A DNA stretch of 63,764 nt, filler included, from Polymyxa betae A26-41 (lineage: Eukaryota; Protista; Endomyxa: Phytomyxea), in assembly GCA_003693705.1 (NCBI GenBank). It is 5 parts of 5 records of this genome, joined end to end, with 100 filler letters (N's around TTAATTAATTAA, not from the genome) between each part and the next. Parts side by side here need not be neighbours in the genome. Positions count along the whole stretch, not along the records: positions 28,266 to 49,799 come from RBZT01000377.1; 4 more parts are not named here. One strand, given 5' to 3'. The translations under genes and the position numbers were made by a program. This document shows, piece by piece, positions 37,810 to 49,899 of this stretch. The notes beneath the pieces are model-generated. The model was not told where the DNA came from. It made no database searches and worked only from the letters and a program-made list of their open reading frames with translations. Within the stretch, counting starts at the first letter, position 1; every line of letters starts with the position of its first letter.

Positions 37810-37925
37810 AAATATAGTTTTTGTTCTGCAAAAAATAAAAAAAAAGTTTTTGTTCTAGTGAAAAGTATAAAAAAGAATAGTTTTTGTTCTACAGAAAAAA
37901 AAAAGTTTTGCTCTACAGAAAAATA
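37810..37925. repeat. Intronic tandem units of ~30 bp (AGTTTTTGTTCT core x4)
   Basis: Core motif at about 37816, 37845, 37879 and 37904, separated by A-runs. Confidence 0.7.
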
Positions 37926-38925
37926 AAAAGAATGTTGAAACCGCAACCTACCAAAGAGGCTGTTGTAGTCCGTGATATCAGCCGCATCGAAATTTAATAA
38001 AGTGTTCAAATGCTGCTTTCGTTTTCGGCCCTCACTGTAATGATCACGGCGTATGAGCGATGCTGTTTGCGTGACGGCAACCGTCGCATCACTTTCGGTC
38101 GGTGGCCTCGGTTGAGGATCGCGAGTCGGTACGTCCCAATAGTTAGCGATACTTTATATAATTTGCGATTACGTATGCGTGATCTCGCGTCGTGCTGGCC
38201 CCTCCTCGCCTACTACTACATGTAGCGTCTGCTGGAGTCGACCAGAAGACGCAGGCGCTCATCTAATAGGGGATCGTCGGGGAACGCGCTGCTGAATCCG
38301 AGCCCATTATCGTTGAGGTCGGGAGCCAAGAACAAATTGTCTTCGGAGATCTGAAAGTCCTGGCAGGCCGACAGAGACGTCAGCGTACTGGCCGCTTTCA
38401 TGCTGCCGAGCTGATGTCTGAATTCGACCGGCAACACGAGTGGTGCTGGTCCATGCTGCAGGGTGTAGTTGGCAACATTGGCGGGGCCATTCGGGTCCGG
38501 CAGCACCGGCAGGACGAGATCGTGATCGGTGTCGATGAACGACGGCTGTGCTGGCCCGCCCGTGTTGGTGCTCAGCGAGAGATCGGTGGGTGGTGGCCCA
38601 GGTGGGAATAGATTCGTGTCTTTAATGTCGACCGAGATGTAATGAAGGTGCTTGCCTATTAGAGGTGGTTAAAGATAAGAGTGGAAGAAAACCATGAATC
38701 AAAAGACAATGTGAAAAGTTCAGAAAATTAGAAGCGGAAAACTGTGAAGCATCAGAGCAACATAAAATAAAAAAGAAATATGTAGAGGTGCCTTGAAGGA
38801 GTTTTAACAGATTTACAAAAAAATAAGCATGCGAGGAAAATATCAATAGATTGAAGAAAACGTTTAAAAATCAAATGCAGCAGAGGAAACGAGCACAGAA
38901 ATATAGAAACATCTAGAAAGAAAAG

Positions 38926-39164
38926 AAAGCATTGGATAACAAAATGTTGTCGAAAAAGTATTGAAAAGAAAAAAATACAAACCAGCGAGATTTCTATAAA
39001 AGGGATAGAAATGCGAATTTGGCATAGCTCCAAACAGGCTCTGAAAAGCATTGGATAACAAAATGTTGTCTAAGAAATCTAAAAAAGAGAAAGAAATACA
39101 AAACCAGCGAGATCTCTAAAAAAGGATAGAAATGCGAATTTTGCATACCTCCAAACAGGCTCTG
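38926..39164. repeat. ~119-bp tandem duplication spanning an exon/5' splice junction
   Basis: aaagcattggataacaaaatgttgtc...tccaaacaggctctg at 38926-39043 and 39045-39164. Confidence 0.92.
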
Positions 39165-40765
39165 CACAAAGGCAGGCTGTGAGTTCTCTTTCGAATTGAC
39201 GCCCTTATGATGCATCATGAAATGTTTCCTCATGACTGTGAACTTGAGAGCCGATTGATAACAAATTCGACATTGCCAGCCATACGAGACCGGCAGGCCG
39301 GCGACCGGCGCCTGCTTCTCAACGCTCGCCTCTACATAAGTCTTGATATCATCATGTTTTTCATCGCAAGGACGCGGATCCAAGCTCTCCAGGATCTTCT
39401 CGATCTCTGGGATCGTGATCGTGCTGAGATTATGCATGCGTTTCGCATGCCGAAAGAGCATGTTGGCCCTAGGCTGGATACAGACTCGGCAAGCCTTGCA
39501 GATGATCAAATTCAGCTTCGTATTGCGAATATATCCCATATCAGCGAGACAGAATTCCAGGTCGATATCATCGGCGCTCTCATACACCACCGAATGCTCT
39601 TCCAGATCCAACGATCGAGTCGAATGTTGGTCGCCGGCTGCGCGGACTTGCCCGACATTGCTTTCGAAATGGCGAATATAATGAGCCTGGACGGGCCATG
39701 GGTCGTTGGTCTTGTAATCGCAGTTCGGCTCGGGGCAATGGAAGTATCCGTTGGATCGACGCTCGAGAATGATTCGAAGGCCGTTCGGATGCTTCAGAAT
39801 GGTTTTGGGCTGATGGGTCTTGCGTACATGGACCTGACGGGCGCCTTTTCCCGAAAACGTCTGTTGGCATTTCGTGCAGGAGAACACCTCCTGGGCGTTG
39901 ACGACGAGGGCGGCGGCCCCAGTGTCGATCGAGGGCGGCGACGGCGGCGGGAACGAGATGGGCGGGGCCGGCAGAGCAGTTGCCGCCTCCGCAGCCACCA
40001 AACTGAGCAGATCTGTGAAATTGGTGGTGTCCATGTCCATCGGGGGCCAAACACCAACACACCAACCCAACCCCGACTCACCAAGGGGCACCCCCGGACC
40101 CGCTGGGAAGCCGCAGTCCGCCCCACGGGGAGTGGCGCGGCCGCCTCCTTCCCAACGGGCTGCGCTCGCCGTTCTCGTCTCCTCGTTCGCCTTCGTCGTC
40201 GGCGTTGATATCGTCTTTGCAGGCCTTCTCGGAAGGCACAGGCAGACCTAAAGACGCGAAGCCATTGATGAGGATTCGAGCTGTACAGCCTGCCCAGGTG
40301 CAGACGTGCTCAGAGTTGTTGTTTGTGAATATCTGTCAATCTGTATTTCTGTGATAACAATAAAGTGACTGCTTATTCAAGCTTGGCTTTCAGCTATCAC
40401 CAGTGTATATGATCTAGATTTTTTAAAGAGGGAATGACAAATATATGAGAAACATTTAACGTTTGAAGCAAGCGAAAGTCATACTTGTTAGACTGGAATA
40501 TTTCGGCAACGATTAATGAAATCTGAGATGATGAACAAATGCACAGATCTGGATAGAAAAACAGGGAAGCTTTCAAGAAAAGGATGACAGTCGGAGCGAC
40601 CAAATTCAATTAAAGAGAGTACGATTTTCATATTCTTTTCTTGGCTATGTATCCTCATTCACTTGCTATCGGACTTGAACCGATAACATAGCAGAATTGG
40701 TTTCATGTCAATCGTGTCTACCATCCACGAAGCAAGCGTTCCTGATGAAAAATATCAAACTCTGT

Positions 40766-40826
40766 CGGAACGAATGGGATTCGAACCCACTGTAATTTGA
40801 GAATACACAACAATTTAGCAAATTCT
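40766..40826 (-). tRNA. Truncated tRNA-Ser(GCU) pseudogene, 3' part only (possible NUMT)
   Basis: Minus strand shows anticodon arm agaat-TTGCTAA-attgt, a long variable arm, T-arm GTGGG-TTCGAAT-CCCAT and acceptor 3' strand TCGTTCC-G. The D-arm and 5' acceptor strand are missing. Confidence 0.65.
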
Positions 40827-42915
40827 GGAGCTGAAGAAGGACCCAAGGGTTCGGCTGATCGCCGAATGAAGTGGAACATGAGCTTGGTTTAGAACGTCCT
40901 GAGATTCCTATCTGTCAGGTTTTTTAAATAACAGCACTGTGGGTATCTTGTACGCCAATAAGTATTACTGCTGAAAGCATCTCAAGTAGGAACACCTTTA
41001 AAATAGTTTCCTCTTTCAGGTAGTTTTTGATTATTGATAATAACTTTGATAAGCTTCCAAATGTAGGTGTAGAGAATTACATATTCTAGAGTACTAAATC
41101 AAGAATGTGTTTAAAGAAACTAAAAAACAGGATTCAACACGAAACCTTCACAAACACGAAAAAATGTTAAAAAATTTCGAAATCCTTTGGTATAAAATCA
41201 ACAGGATTATCGCAAACCGAAAGTGTACAAACATGACATCTTCTGTATCTCTTGGGAATGCTAACCTGCTATGCCGCATTCCGGTCATTCAGCAATTCAT
41301 CAGCGGAGAAGCAGAATTAAAAGCGGAAAGAACGAAGACTATACAGCTGAACGTAGACGGCAATGTTGTTAGATAAAGCAAAACGACAGATTTATCAGGA
41401 AATAGATTTTTGCTGAAAATTCAATCTTCAACAAAGTTTAGGAAGCCTGCGAGGTGATATCGTGACGGATTACGAATACAAGCAAGTGTTGTTCGAATTG
41501 AACATCTGCAAATTCACTCCCATAATCTGTTGCACCATGCGACTGGTTCCCGAAATTCGATGCAGGTCAACTTGTTTCTCTGATATGGTATGAGTCTTCA
41601 ACAGATGTTACAGTATTCCAATGACTATATGAGATGGAACATTGGGGTGCAACAGACGCATGAATTTCGGACAACGCTTGAATCGGTCATTCATATTGAT
41701 ATTTTTAATTTCATCGAAGCTATGAGAAAGGCAAGTCTCCTCAGCTGCACTAATACCGGCAAGAGAGTCTACAGCACGATGGCGCTATGGTGAATACGGG
41801 GCCAAGGTCGGGCACCGGGCTGCTTTATAAATGATGATCATGAGATTGCGTGCTATTAGGAGCTGGGGATTTAGGGTTTGAACCGGATCTGAATGGTTGC
41901 TCCTTTATACGAGTATTATCGCCTCAGAGCGACCGGAATCGTGCTGACCGCTGTATCAACATTCGGGTCGGATTACGAACATATCTGTTAGTGTCAAGTC
42001 TCAACTCTTAGGCGGAAAGTAGCGGCGAGAGGCATCTGGATGATTCATGATATGAGGAATCTTTCTCTTCGAATCACTTAGACCATCGTAATTCCAATCA
42101 TGAATGATGTGCTTTATAATCGTGTCTCTCGCCAATCGATCAGTTCGGGATTCTAGAGCAATTCGCCCAGGCAGCTTCTTCTGTTACAGTCTAATAGTAG
42201 CAGAAAAACACTTTTTGTTTCACCAGATCCGTTGGAGTTGGACTTCCGGCTAGAACAAAGCTCAACTGCAGATTGATTTCTTGCTGCAGCATGCACTCTG
42301 TGATGGATCTTTCTATCATGCATAATTTCTGTTCAAACAAAGACAATTTTTTTTCAGGTTAATCATTGGGCTCATATGCGATGTTTTAAAAGAAAAAACA
42401 CGTTTCTTTCAAAGAAAGCATCTACGAAGAAAAAGATGAAGTTTTGTTGACTCAATCGTCCAGAAGCGATCCGCGTGAAAACAATCTCAGTTTTTGAACA
42501 GCGGGTCCCAAAGCAGCCGTTGTCATACAGCCGATATTGGTTGTATATCGGTCGACAAATTTGAAGCAAAGGCCGGTATAAGCTGCTTGAGACTGATATA
42601 TTGCTTTCGGAAAATTCGTCAAAAGGAAATTTCACTTGCTTTTAGCAGAAAGGAGATGACATGAACAGAGCCGCAATTCTGTCAAGTTTCAAACGACATC
42701 GAACTTTCTTGAATCATAAGACACCATTGGGTATTGTTATAAAGTTTATAAACAAAGCTATATTCTTTGATAGCGTTGCGGTCTCACATTCCCTTCTAAG
42801 CTCTGCTGAAGAACATGAAGAAAGGAACATACCGGAAACTAACGCGGACGATACTGAATGTCAAACACATAGAAATATCCCATATTAGAAAGGGGAATCC
42901 CGATGGTTACAATTA

Positions 42916-45493
42916 TCAGCGGGCTTGCATGACCGTAAAAGAGTCGTCTACGGAATCATACACTCCATATTGCATAGTCCGGGTGAAATGGTCCTGATGT
43001 TCACAAAATGAGCGAGCTGCTCCAGCATTGAAGACGTGAACTTTCCAACAAACGACGGAATCAATGGATAATCAAAGCAGATCTTCGACAAAAGCAGAGA
43101 ACTTTGACAGATCATGTACATGGAAAGAAAATGCATCATCGTAATAATAACAAGTCAATTATAATTAAACGTCAAATACAGCTGCGATCAAATCAAAAGT
43201 AAAAAAAAAACATGAATTTACGTAGTACAGCCCTTCAAAGGAAACGGCATCGAAAAACAAAAATTCAGGTTAAAAATTGCTTAGAAATCGCTTACGGGGC
43301 ATAGAATACGACAATCCTTATATTTAGCATCAGGGATGGTTAGAGATTCATCAGCAAGGATGAGTATGGACGGCAGAGGGAACAGATGCAGAGCTGGGTC
43401 TCGAGCCCAATACACCGGCTGCAGCGAATCCGGCAATGGCGAAAGATGGCCCTGATCGAGCAGGGTCTGCACATAATCGTCAGAGTCATTATCGTCGGAC
43501 AGACGGAAAACAGACGACTCCTTCATCTGCAAAGCCGTTAGAAAAAAAGCTTCAGAACATGAAATATCAAAGCCATTTTAGCGAAAAGTTGAAAATTGCC
43601 AAACTCTAAAGCGATACTGATCGAAACTTCAGCTTATGGAATTTTAAGCGAGATTGTACCGAAACTTCAAGATTACAAATCCTACGTCGCAGCCAACATG
43701 ATGAAACAAACAGCAAAAAGCAATTCAAAGTGAAATAAAATCGAAAGAAAAGCAGGCAAACCTGAGCAATGATGTGGTGGTGGAAGATAACGATTTCGTC
43801 GGGGCCATGCCAGATGCGGCTCGGATTCGATGGAAAATGAGCATGGCGAACGCGATCGCGAAGACGTTGCGTACAGAACCCGGGCGGCCCGAATCGCGGC
43901 AGCGACCGAGCGCCGCAGGCGTAATCGGTGCCGACAAAGATGAAGCGGTTGTGCTGGGCGAGCTGGTCGTGCTGGCCGATCAGGTCGGCGAGCGTGTTGA
44001 AGAGCTGCGTGTAGTCGGCGATGGAGGCGGAACGCGGATTGGAGAGGAAAGAGCCACAGACGATGATGATGGTGCCTAGAGCGCCGACCGCTTCGAGATC
44101 GGTTAATGCATGATCGAATCGGCGTAAGGTGGCAGAGTCGTCGAGATAGACGTCGCGGAAGATGGCGAGCTTATAGTTGGAGGCGTCCTTGGTCTTCGTC
44201 ATCTCTACAAGAGTTTGAGAATCGACGAAAGACAGATTTCTGAATGATGATAAGGAGAGTGAAACAATGAGTCAAATGGAGAAAAGATGATGGAAAATTA
44301 TCAAAATCGGCTTTTAAGAGCAATTTAAAAAGAAATAAAGCTTCAAAAAAAGCAGATTTGGGAAGGGGAAGAGAGAAGTGAGAAAATCGGTAGAGAAACA
44401 TTAACAGAAAAGCAAAACTTTCCAAAGTATTGCTATGAAATGCAAGACCAATTTAAGCAGTGGATTACCTAATTGATCTTGAAATTTGGAGGCGAAAGAC
44501 GAGAGAGGTAAATGCTGAAGTGTTTCAGCCCTCCTTTCGGCGGGAGGCAAACAGATCTCCTGCACATGAAACACGTCCGACATCAGATGGCCAATGACAA
44601 TGACGAACCCCGTCTCGACGAAGATTCGCTTGCTTGGCTTGCTGAGCTCCAGATTTAGTGGCACACAGCCGCCGGGTTCCTCCAGAGCATAACCGCCGTC
44701 TATTTCGCGAAGAATGCCAAACACGGCTACAGAATGAGACGATTCTCGCAACCTAAATAGAAAAATGTTGAAATAATGCTTTCCATTATAGACAAAAGCG
44801 TAAGCTAAGAAAAGAGCCAGCTGAAATAGCATTGAGACAGCAAAACAAGATATGCGAAGCAAAATATTCATTTCGATTTCGCAGAACAGCAAATTTGCTG
44901 TTGCGAAGCTTCTTGATGCAGAATAAAAAAGGCTCTATAAACGGTGCAAGAAAAAACGTTACCAAAGAAGAAAATAAAATTTAAAGAGAAAAAAGCAATT
45001 GAGAACATACGCCTTGATCTCGCACAGCTTAATTCCAGGTCGGTTTTTTACCGATTCTGGTAAACCAGTTCGCTTGAGACGCCAACGTAGCAGTTCATAT
45101 CGCCAGACAAACCTGGACCATTTTGCTTCGGGAGCGGCATGGCGTTTGGTTGGAATATCGCCTGAATCGTCGTCGATGATACGATCCTGAGTGGTATCGA
45201 GGCTGAGCGGGTCCGAGTCGGCTGTCAGGAGACCTCTTTTCAAGAAACCTTCCAGGATCGGCTCGACATCGGCGCGCGAGATCGTCGCTGATCGAGACGA
45301 GAGCCCGGCCAAGATTTCTTCGACGAGACTCGGGATATCCTCATCGTACTTTTCAGCGAACTCTGCTGGACGGTCAGATTCAGCAGTCGAGGAGAAACAG
45401 CGACCGACCTGCGACCAATTCGAGCGCTTCTGGGTCCAGGTAGAGTCCGGCACGACGAAAACCACGAACGATCCGAAGAGATGAGGATGCCAT
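42916..45493 (-). CDS. POLE2: DNA polymerase epsilon subunit 2 (B subunit), 6 exons
   Basis: N-terminus MASSSLRIVRGFRRAGLYLDPEAL; motifs LEEPGG.VPL.L, IFVETGFV, PPAERR, DVYLDD, FPSNPSRI, LLDQGHLSPLP..QPVYW..DPALHLFPLP..LILAD. Five GT-AG introns, phases 1,2,1,0,0. Confidence 0.9.
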
Positions 45494-45534
45494 CGTCAAC
45501 AGACACAGCGACCGCCTGTGAGGCCGCGCTTACT

Positions 45535-45783
45535 CACTGATTAAAACACTTTTTGTTTCCGATTTTAACTTGTGAAATTAGTTGCGCACAGATTTTCAAA
45601 TCTTTCCCACGCATGTTTTGAAACTTCCAATCTCACAAGTTCTCATATTCATAACTTGTGAAATTAGTTGCGAACAGTTTATCACGTAAATCTTTTTGCA
45701 AGCAAGTTTTAAAAATTGCAATCCCATACTAGTTCTCATACAATCGCTTTGCGCAACAAGTTCAAATACGATTTGCTACAGTG
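45535..45783. repeat. Two ~86-bp tandem units between CACTG...CAGTG ends (possible small non-autonomous element) in the POLE2 upstream region
   Basis: aacttgtgaaattagttgcg occurs twice; 5-bp inverted ends; no TSD seen. Confidence 0.45.
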
Positions 45784-47439
45784 TAGCGACTCTTCTCATG
45801 GAATTAAAAGTTTCTCGAGAGAAGTCGTAAAGTACTTAGATCACCGTAAATGCCGTTGATAGTAATATTTCATTAAGGACGGCCTGCCATGTATCTTCGA
45901 TTTCCATACAAACCTTCATATGATGTACTCGGGCCCGTGTATGACCTGTTCGAATTCGGTTTAGTAATGGAAATGTGTTGTCGATTCGTATCTTGATGTT
46001 CGTATTTCGGTGGTTTACTGTTATATATCAATTTCGTATTAGGATTCGGTCGGGGCTGTTGGCAAATCGGCTTTGTTAACATTGCTGTTTGAATAAGCAC
46101 GAAGATTGTTCTTCTCACTTTTCTGAAATTGCAACTTATAGGACGATATCAGTGGGTCATGATCGATTTCATTGCCGCTTTTTTTTGTGCAAGGTCATCT
46201 ATTGGTCACTTTCCGGGATTTCCTTCGAGTGAATCGGGATAAAATGCAGCTCTTTCGCTGGAATTCAGCACGGGATCACTTTACATTGACATCCTGTAGT
46301 AATCGTTTCGACACTCGATCCGAAAACATGGAATGAATTCGTTGACATGCTATAAGATGTTTGAGCGAATCGTCATTGGCTACAGAGGCCCACAAAAGTT
46401 TTTACGTAATTATTAACAAACATTTAAACAATTTGATGGGCTCAACGTATTCGAATCTGATTCTGAAAGATGACCTAGTTCCAAATCAAAGAATTGGCAT
46501 CCCAGTTCAATATGTAAATACGCAAATATCAGTCATCTGGGCCATTTCTGATTCAAAATTCGGATTTACAAGGAATTACTCTCCCAGTTTTATGATATAG
46601 CAGATTAAAATTTCAAACGTTTAACAGAAATAATCTTACAACTAATTGTTATCAAATATCCGACCATGAAAATAGGATTGATATTTGAGAGGCAGAAAGT
46701 TATGATTTCATTGTCACATCAGCACTTCACGAAATTAGATCAGATGAAATTGATACAGAACAAACAAACAAAATCCCAGATAAAATGATACTGAATTATT
46801 CTGTTATTGGTGGTAGTTTTGATGCTGGATTAACAACGGCAGATGTGTCTTTCGTTGATGAGATTCACCCTGATAGTGTCAAAGTGGGATTTCAAGAATT
46901 ACAAGCTGGACAATTATCATATCATGGTTATCAAGAATTCACAAATTGTCAATTTGATTCATTATAGCAAATCAACTGTGTTAGAATGTGTTTAATGACC
47001 CCGAAATACAGCACAGAATACCGCCATTGTTACGAAAACTGGAACGATAGCTGGTTTAGTGATTTGGCAAGTATGCACAGATATTGCATTTGGAATAATG
47101 ATTTCTGTGATTTACAAACATCAGATACAATCCAATCCATTAAAACTTAAAATTTACGGGTTAGTGTAATACAGATTAAGACCAAAAACGTCATGGAACT
47201 ACTACACATTTGAATGCAATTGATAAAAGTTTTAACAGTTATTGGCGTTGGTAATTGACAAAATTCTTCAAGAAATGTGACAACATTATCATCTACGTTC
47301 AAATTTAACAAATTTCGGCTCTATTTAAACACTTAAATTCAACAATAACAAGATTATTTACAGTTTTGTTTGTTAGAATGCTGCAATTGGAGAATTTCAC
47401 GTCGCAGATCATTGATGCTATCCGAGAAAGCACGATTTA

Positions 47440-47530
47440 ATTGCTGCGCTTGCTGTTGCTGTTGCTGTCGCTGAGCTTGCAGCAGCCGTTGCTGTTGCTG
47501 CGCTTGCAACTTCAGCTGCTGATCATGCTG
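47440..47530. repeat. Degenerate (CTG/TTG)n low-complexity repeat
   Basis: Runs of tgctgttgctg; reads as poly-Gln or Ala/Thr on the minus strand. Confidence 0.7.
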
Positions 47531-48467
47531 GTGCGCTTGTGGTTGAGGCCGTTGGCGTCGTACTGCTATGAAGGCAGCCAAACATGTTATTGCCCTAGAA
47601 GCAAAAGGACATCTATAACAACGATAAGAGGCACAATCATCTTTGCAATGGCCGACCTCCGGAAATGACGCCGAGAATAACCACAATCTTTTAGGGTTTC
47701 GCTCGTTCTCCTTCTGTTGCCATTTCTTTTTGAAAAGTTTCCGCTTCTCGCTTTGTTCCAGGGCGCTTCTGAATCTCGCTCAAAGGCATTAATTTCTGAT
47801 AAAATATTTTTACACTTGAATTTGAGATCGATTCATTGTAATAGACTACTGGTATGGGCTGTATGGACGGCATTTATTGTATGGGTGGTCGATTGTCATT
47901 TTGTTGGAAATTGTTTTATTTGGAGACTAACAATTGATATTTTTCAAAAAAAAGTTGGGTTTCCTGGTGTCACAATTTCTACGCCTCATCCTTTACCAAT
48001 GGAATTGTGGCGAAATTGTTCTTGAGAAGCCATGGTGGTCCAGGATATAAGATTTACGCCAGAACGAGTGTTTGAGAATGGCTCACCCCATAAGAAAGAG
48101 TATCGTACTCTGGTCGCTGCTCAGGAAATCCAGGCGACCACATTATTTTCCCAATCTGGGAAGTCGCGAATGAATACTTTCTAGGTACTTTTGAATATGA
48201 ATTTGATCTGACGAAGGACAGGATGTTCTAATCCCGTTTCAGTGTTGTCGTAGAAAATCAGTCTACTCGTCGCAGACGGACTCCTGTCCTCGGTTGTATC
48301 TGGAGCATATTGTATCTAAATTTTAGGAAAATATTATTAATTTTTTGGTTAAAAGAGCGGGTTTATTCATGCATTGTACAGTAATGAGAATTCGATGGTT
48401 TAACAGTCTGAGGCTGAGTTTCAGCGACAGCGGATTCAGTCTCGTCACTGATGAATGATCTCTTCAA

Positions 48468-48870
48468 TTATGAGGAGAGAGACATTTCATCACTTTCGTC
48501 TTCAGAATCGTCCAACCAATAATCTCCGACTTGATGACTTTCGTCTTCAAGATCGTCAACCCAATAATCTCGGACCCAATTTTCCGAGTCTGGAACGCGG
48601 ATTTCTTCCAACCGCTTTAGTAGTTCGGCCAATTCTGCATCAAACTGTTGTCCAGATTGCAATTTACCAGTTTCATCAAAGTCATTGTTAGAAGTGAGAG
48701 AATGGAGCGTAGTGTCTTGAGTAGAGGTAGGTTCAGAGACAGGACTGGAATCTGTAACAATACAGCAGATTAGAGGTTGTGATGTAACAAATCATGAATG
48801 GAATACCACGTTCAACAGCCTGGGAGAAGGCAACATTCACGCCAAAGAGAAGAGCAAAGACGAGCTTCAT
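48468..48870 (-). CDS. Small secreted acidic protein (~115 aa, 2 exons); may be the 5' end of a longer pseudogene
   Basis: Starts MKLVFALLFGVNVAFSQA. Phase-1 intron 48806-48752 (GTATTC...TTACAG). Two V.DYW.DD.EDES repeats. Confidence 0.6.
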
Positions 48871-49775
48871 GGTTGTAGGGAGAGAGAGGCGAGAAATTCG
48901 ATTTCAATAAATATGAATAGAATTAGGAATGAGACGAGAGTGGGGACGCCAAAGGACTAGGGCCGGTTTCGATCTTCCGATTGAAAGTTTCCAATCTGAG
49001 AGATTAATCGTAATAATCGGCACCAGTGGCAAATTGACGTCAGCAACATTAATATCCTGAGAATGATCATTAGAGAGCATCAATCTGTATCGATAATATC
49101 GGAAGTAATCGATTGTTGACCTGACAAAGCGAGCTTTTTAGCATTGTCGTTCTCGTTCTGCAAAGTTGTCGATCTTAACAGCAATCTTAAAACTCCTATG
49201 AGAACTGGTTGGTCGCAGCTTACAGAATATGACGAACCAATCTCTTGAACAGCACATATCATTCGGTATATGCTGGAGAAACCTACGAAAGGTGATGATG
49301 CCTATCTCAAATAATAACTTTAACTCCCTTCCGAATGGCGATTAACCAAATGTCACAATCGAACGATATTGCTGGCAGAATCATCACTCGAAGATAGTTG
49401 AGATTTCAGCAAAATCGGGAACATTGAATCCTTTGTCTTTTATGATCTCGAATATCGGCTTCCTTAGCGTAAACATACTGGATGCACCAGAAATCTCGTG
49501 GAAGAAATGATCACAAATTCGAAAAAAGTCATCTGAGGAAACATAGACATTATTCAAAGCAAGGGGGTAGGGTTTAAAAATAATAAAGAGGTGATTCTCG
49601 ATGGACCTGTTGACGGAATTTCCTGCGGTCAGCGCAAGTTATCCGAGCCTGTGACGCGAACTCCGTGTCCGTTTCTGGCCGTTAATACAAAGCGTATACG
49701 GCGCTTCTTCAAGCGCAGGACTACGTGTTCTACGGCTCTGTAGGTGACACGATGTTTGCGGACGGAATAAGGTCT

Positions 49776-49799
49776 GGGGTTTAGGGTTTTAGGGTTAGG
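49776..49799. repeat. Telomere-like repeats abutting a gap
   Basis: ggggtttagggttttagggttagg immediately before the N run. Confidence 0.65.
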
Positions 49800-49899
49800 N
49801 NNNNNNNNNNNNNNNNNNNNNNNNNNNNNNNNNNNNNNNNNNNTTAATTAATTAANNNNNNNNNNNNNNNNNNNNNNNNNNNNNNNNNNNNNNNNNNNN
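49800..49899. other. Assembly gap with TTAATTAATTAA linker
   Basis: 100-bp N run. Confidence 0.98.

Larger units (their letters stand above)
36250..40040 (-). pseudogene. Degenerate intron-containing C2H2 + DUF3505 (OrsD-like) gene resembling the N-terminal part of fungal telomere-linked RecQ helicase proteins
   Basis: Two C2H2 fingers, then LIICKAC..P..H..H, PVAGLPVSYGWQCRIC..MRKHFMMHH and VQSLFGG..HFY (DUF3505-like pattern). Downstream exons contain stops and frameshifts; no helicase domain is visible. Confidence 0.55.

Noticed and set aside
38216-38220. Possible stop-codon reassignment (TAG/TAA read as Gln)
   Set aside because: Intact genes in the window end in TAA, TAG or TGA and have no internal stops; internal stops occur only in regions that are also frameshifted.
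39207-40208. 333-aa plus-strand ORF and other long antisense ORFs (463-853, 53124-53940)
   Set aside because: Shadows of GC3-rich coding sequence on the opposite strand, with no motifs of their own.
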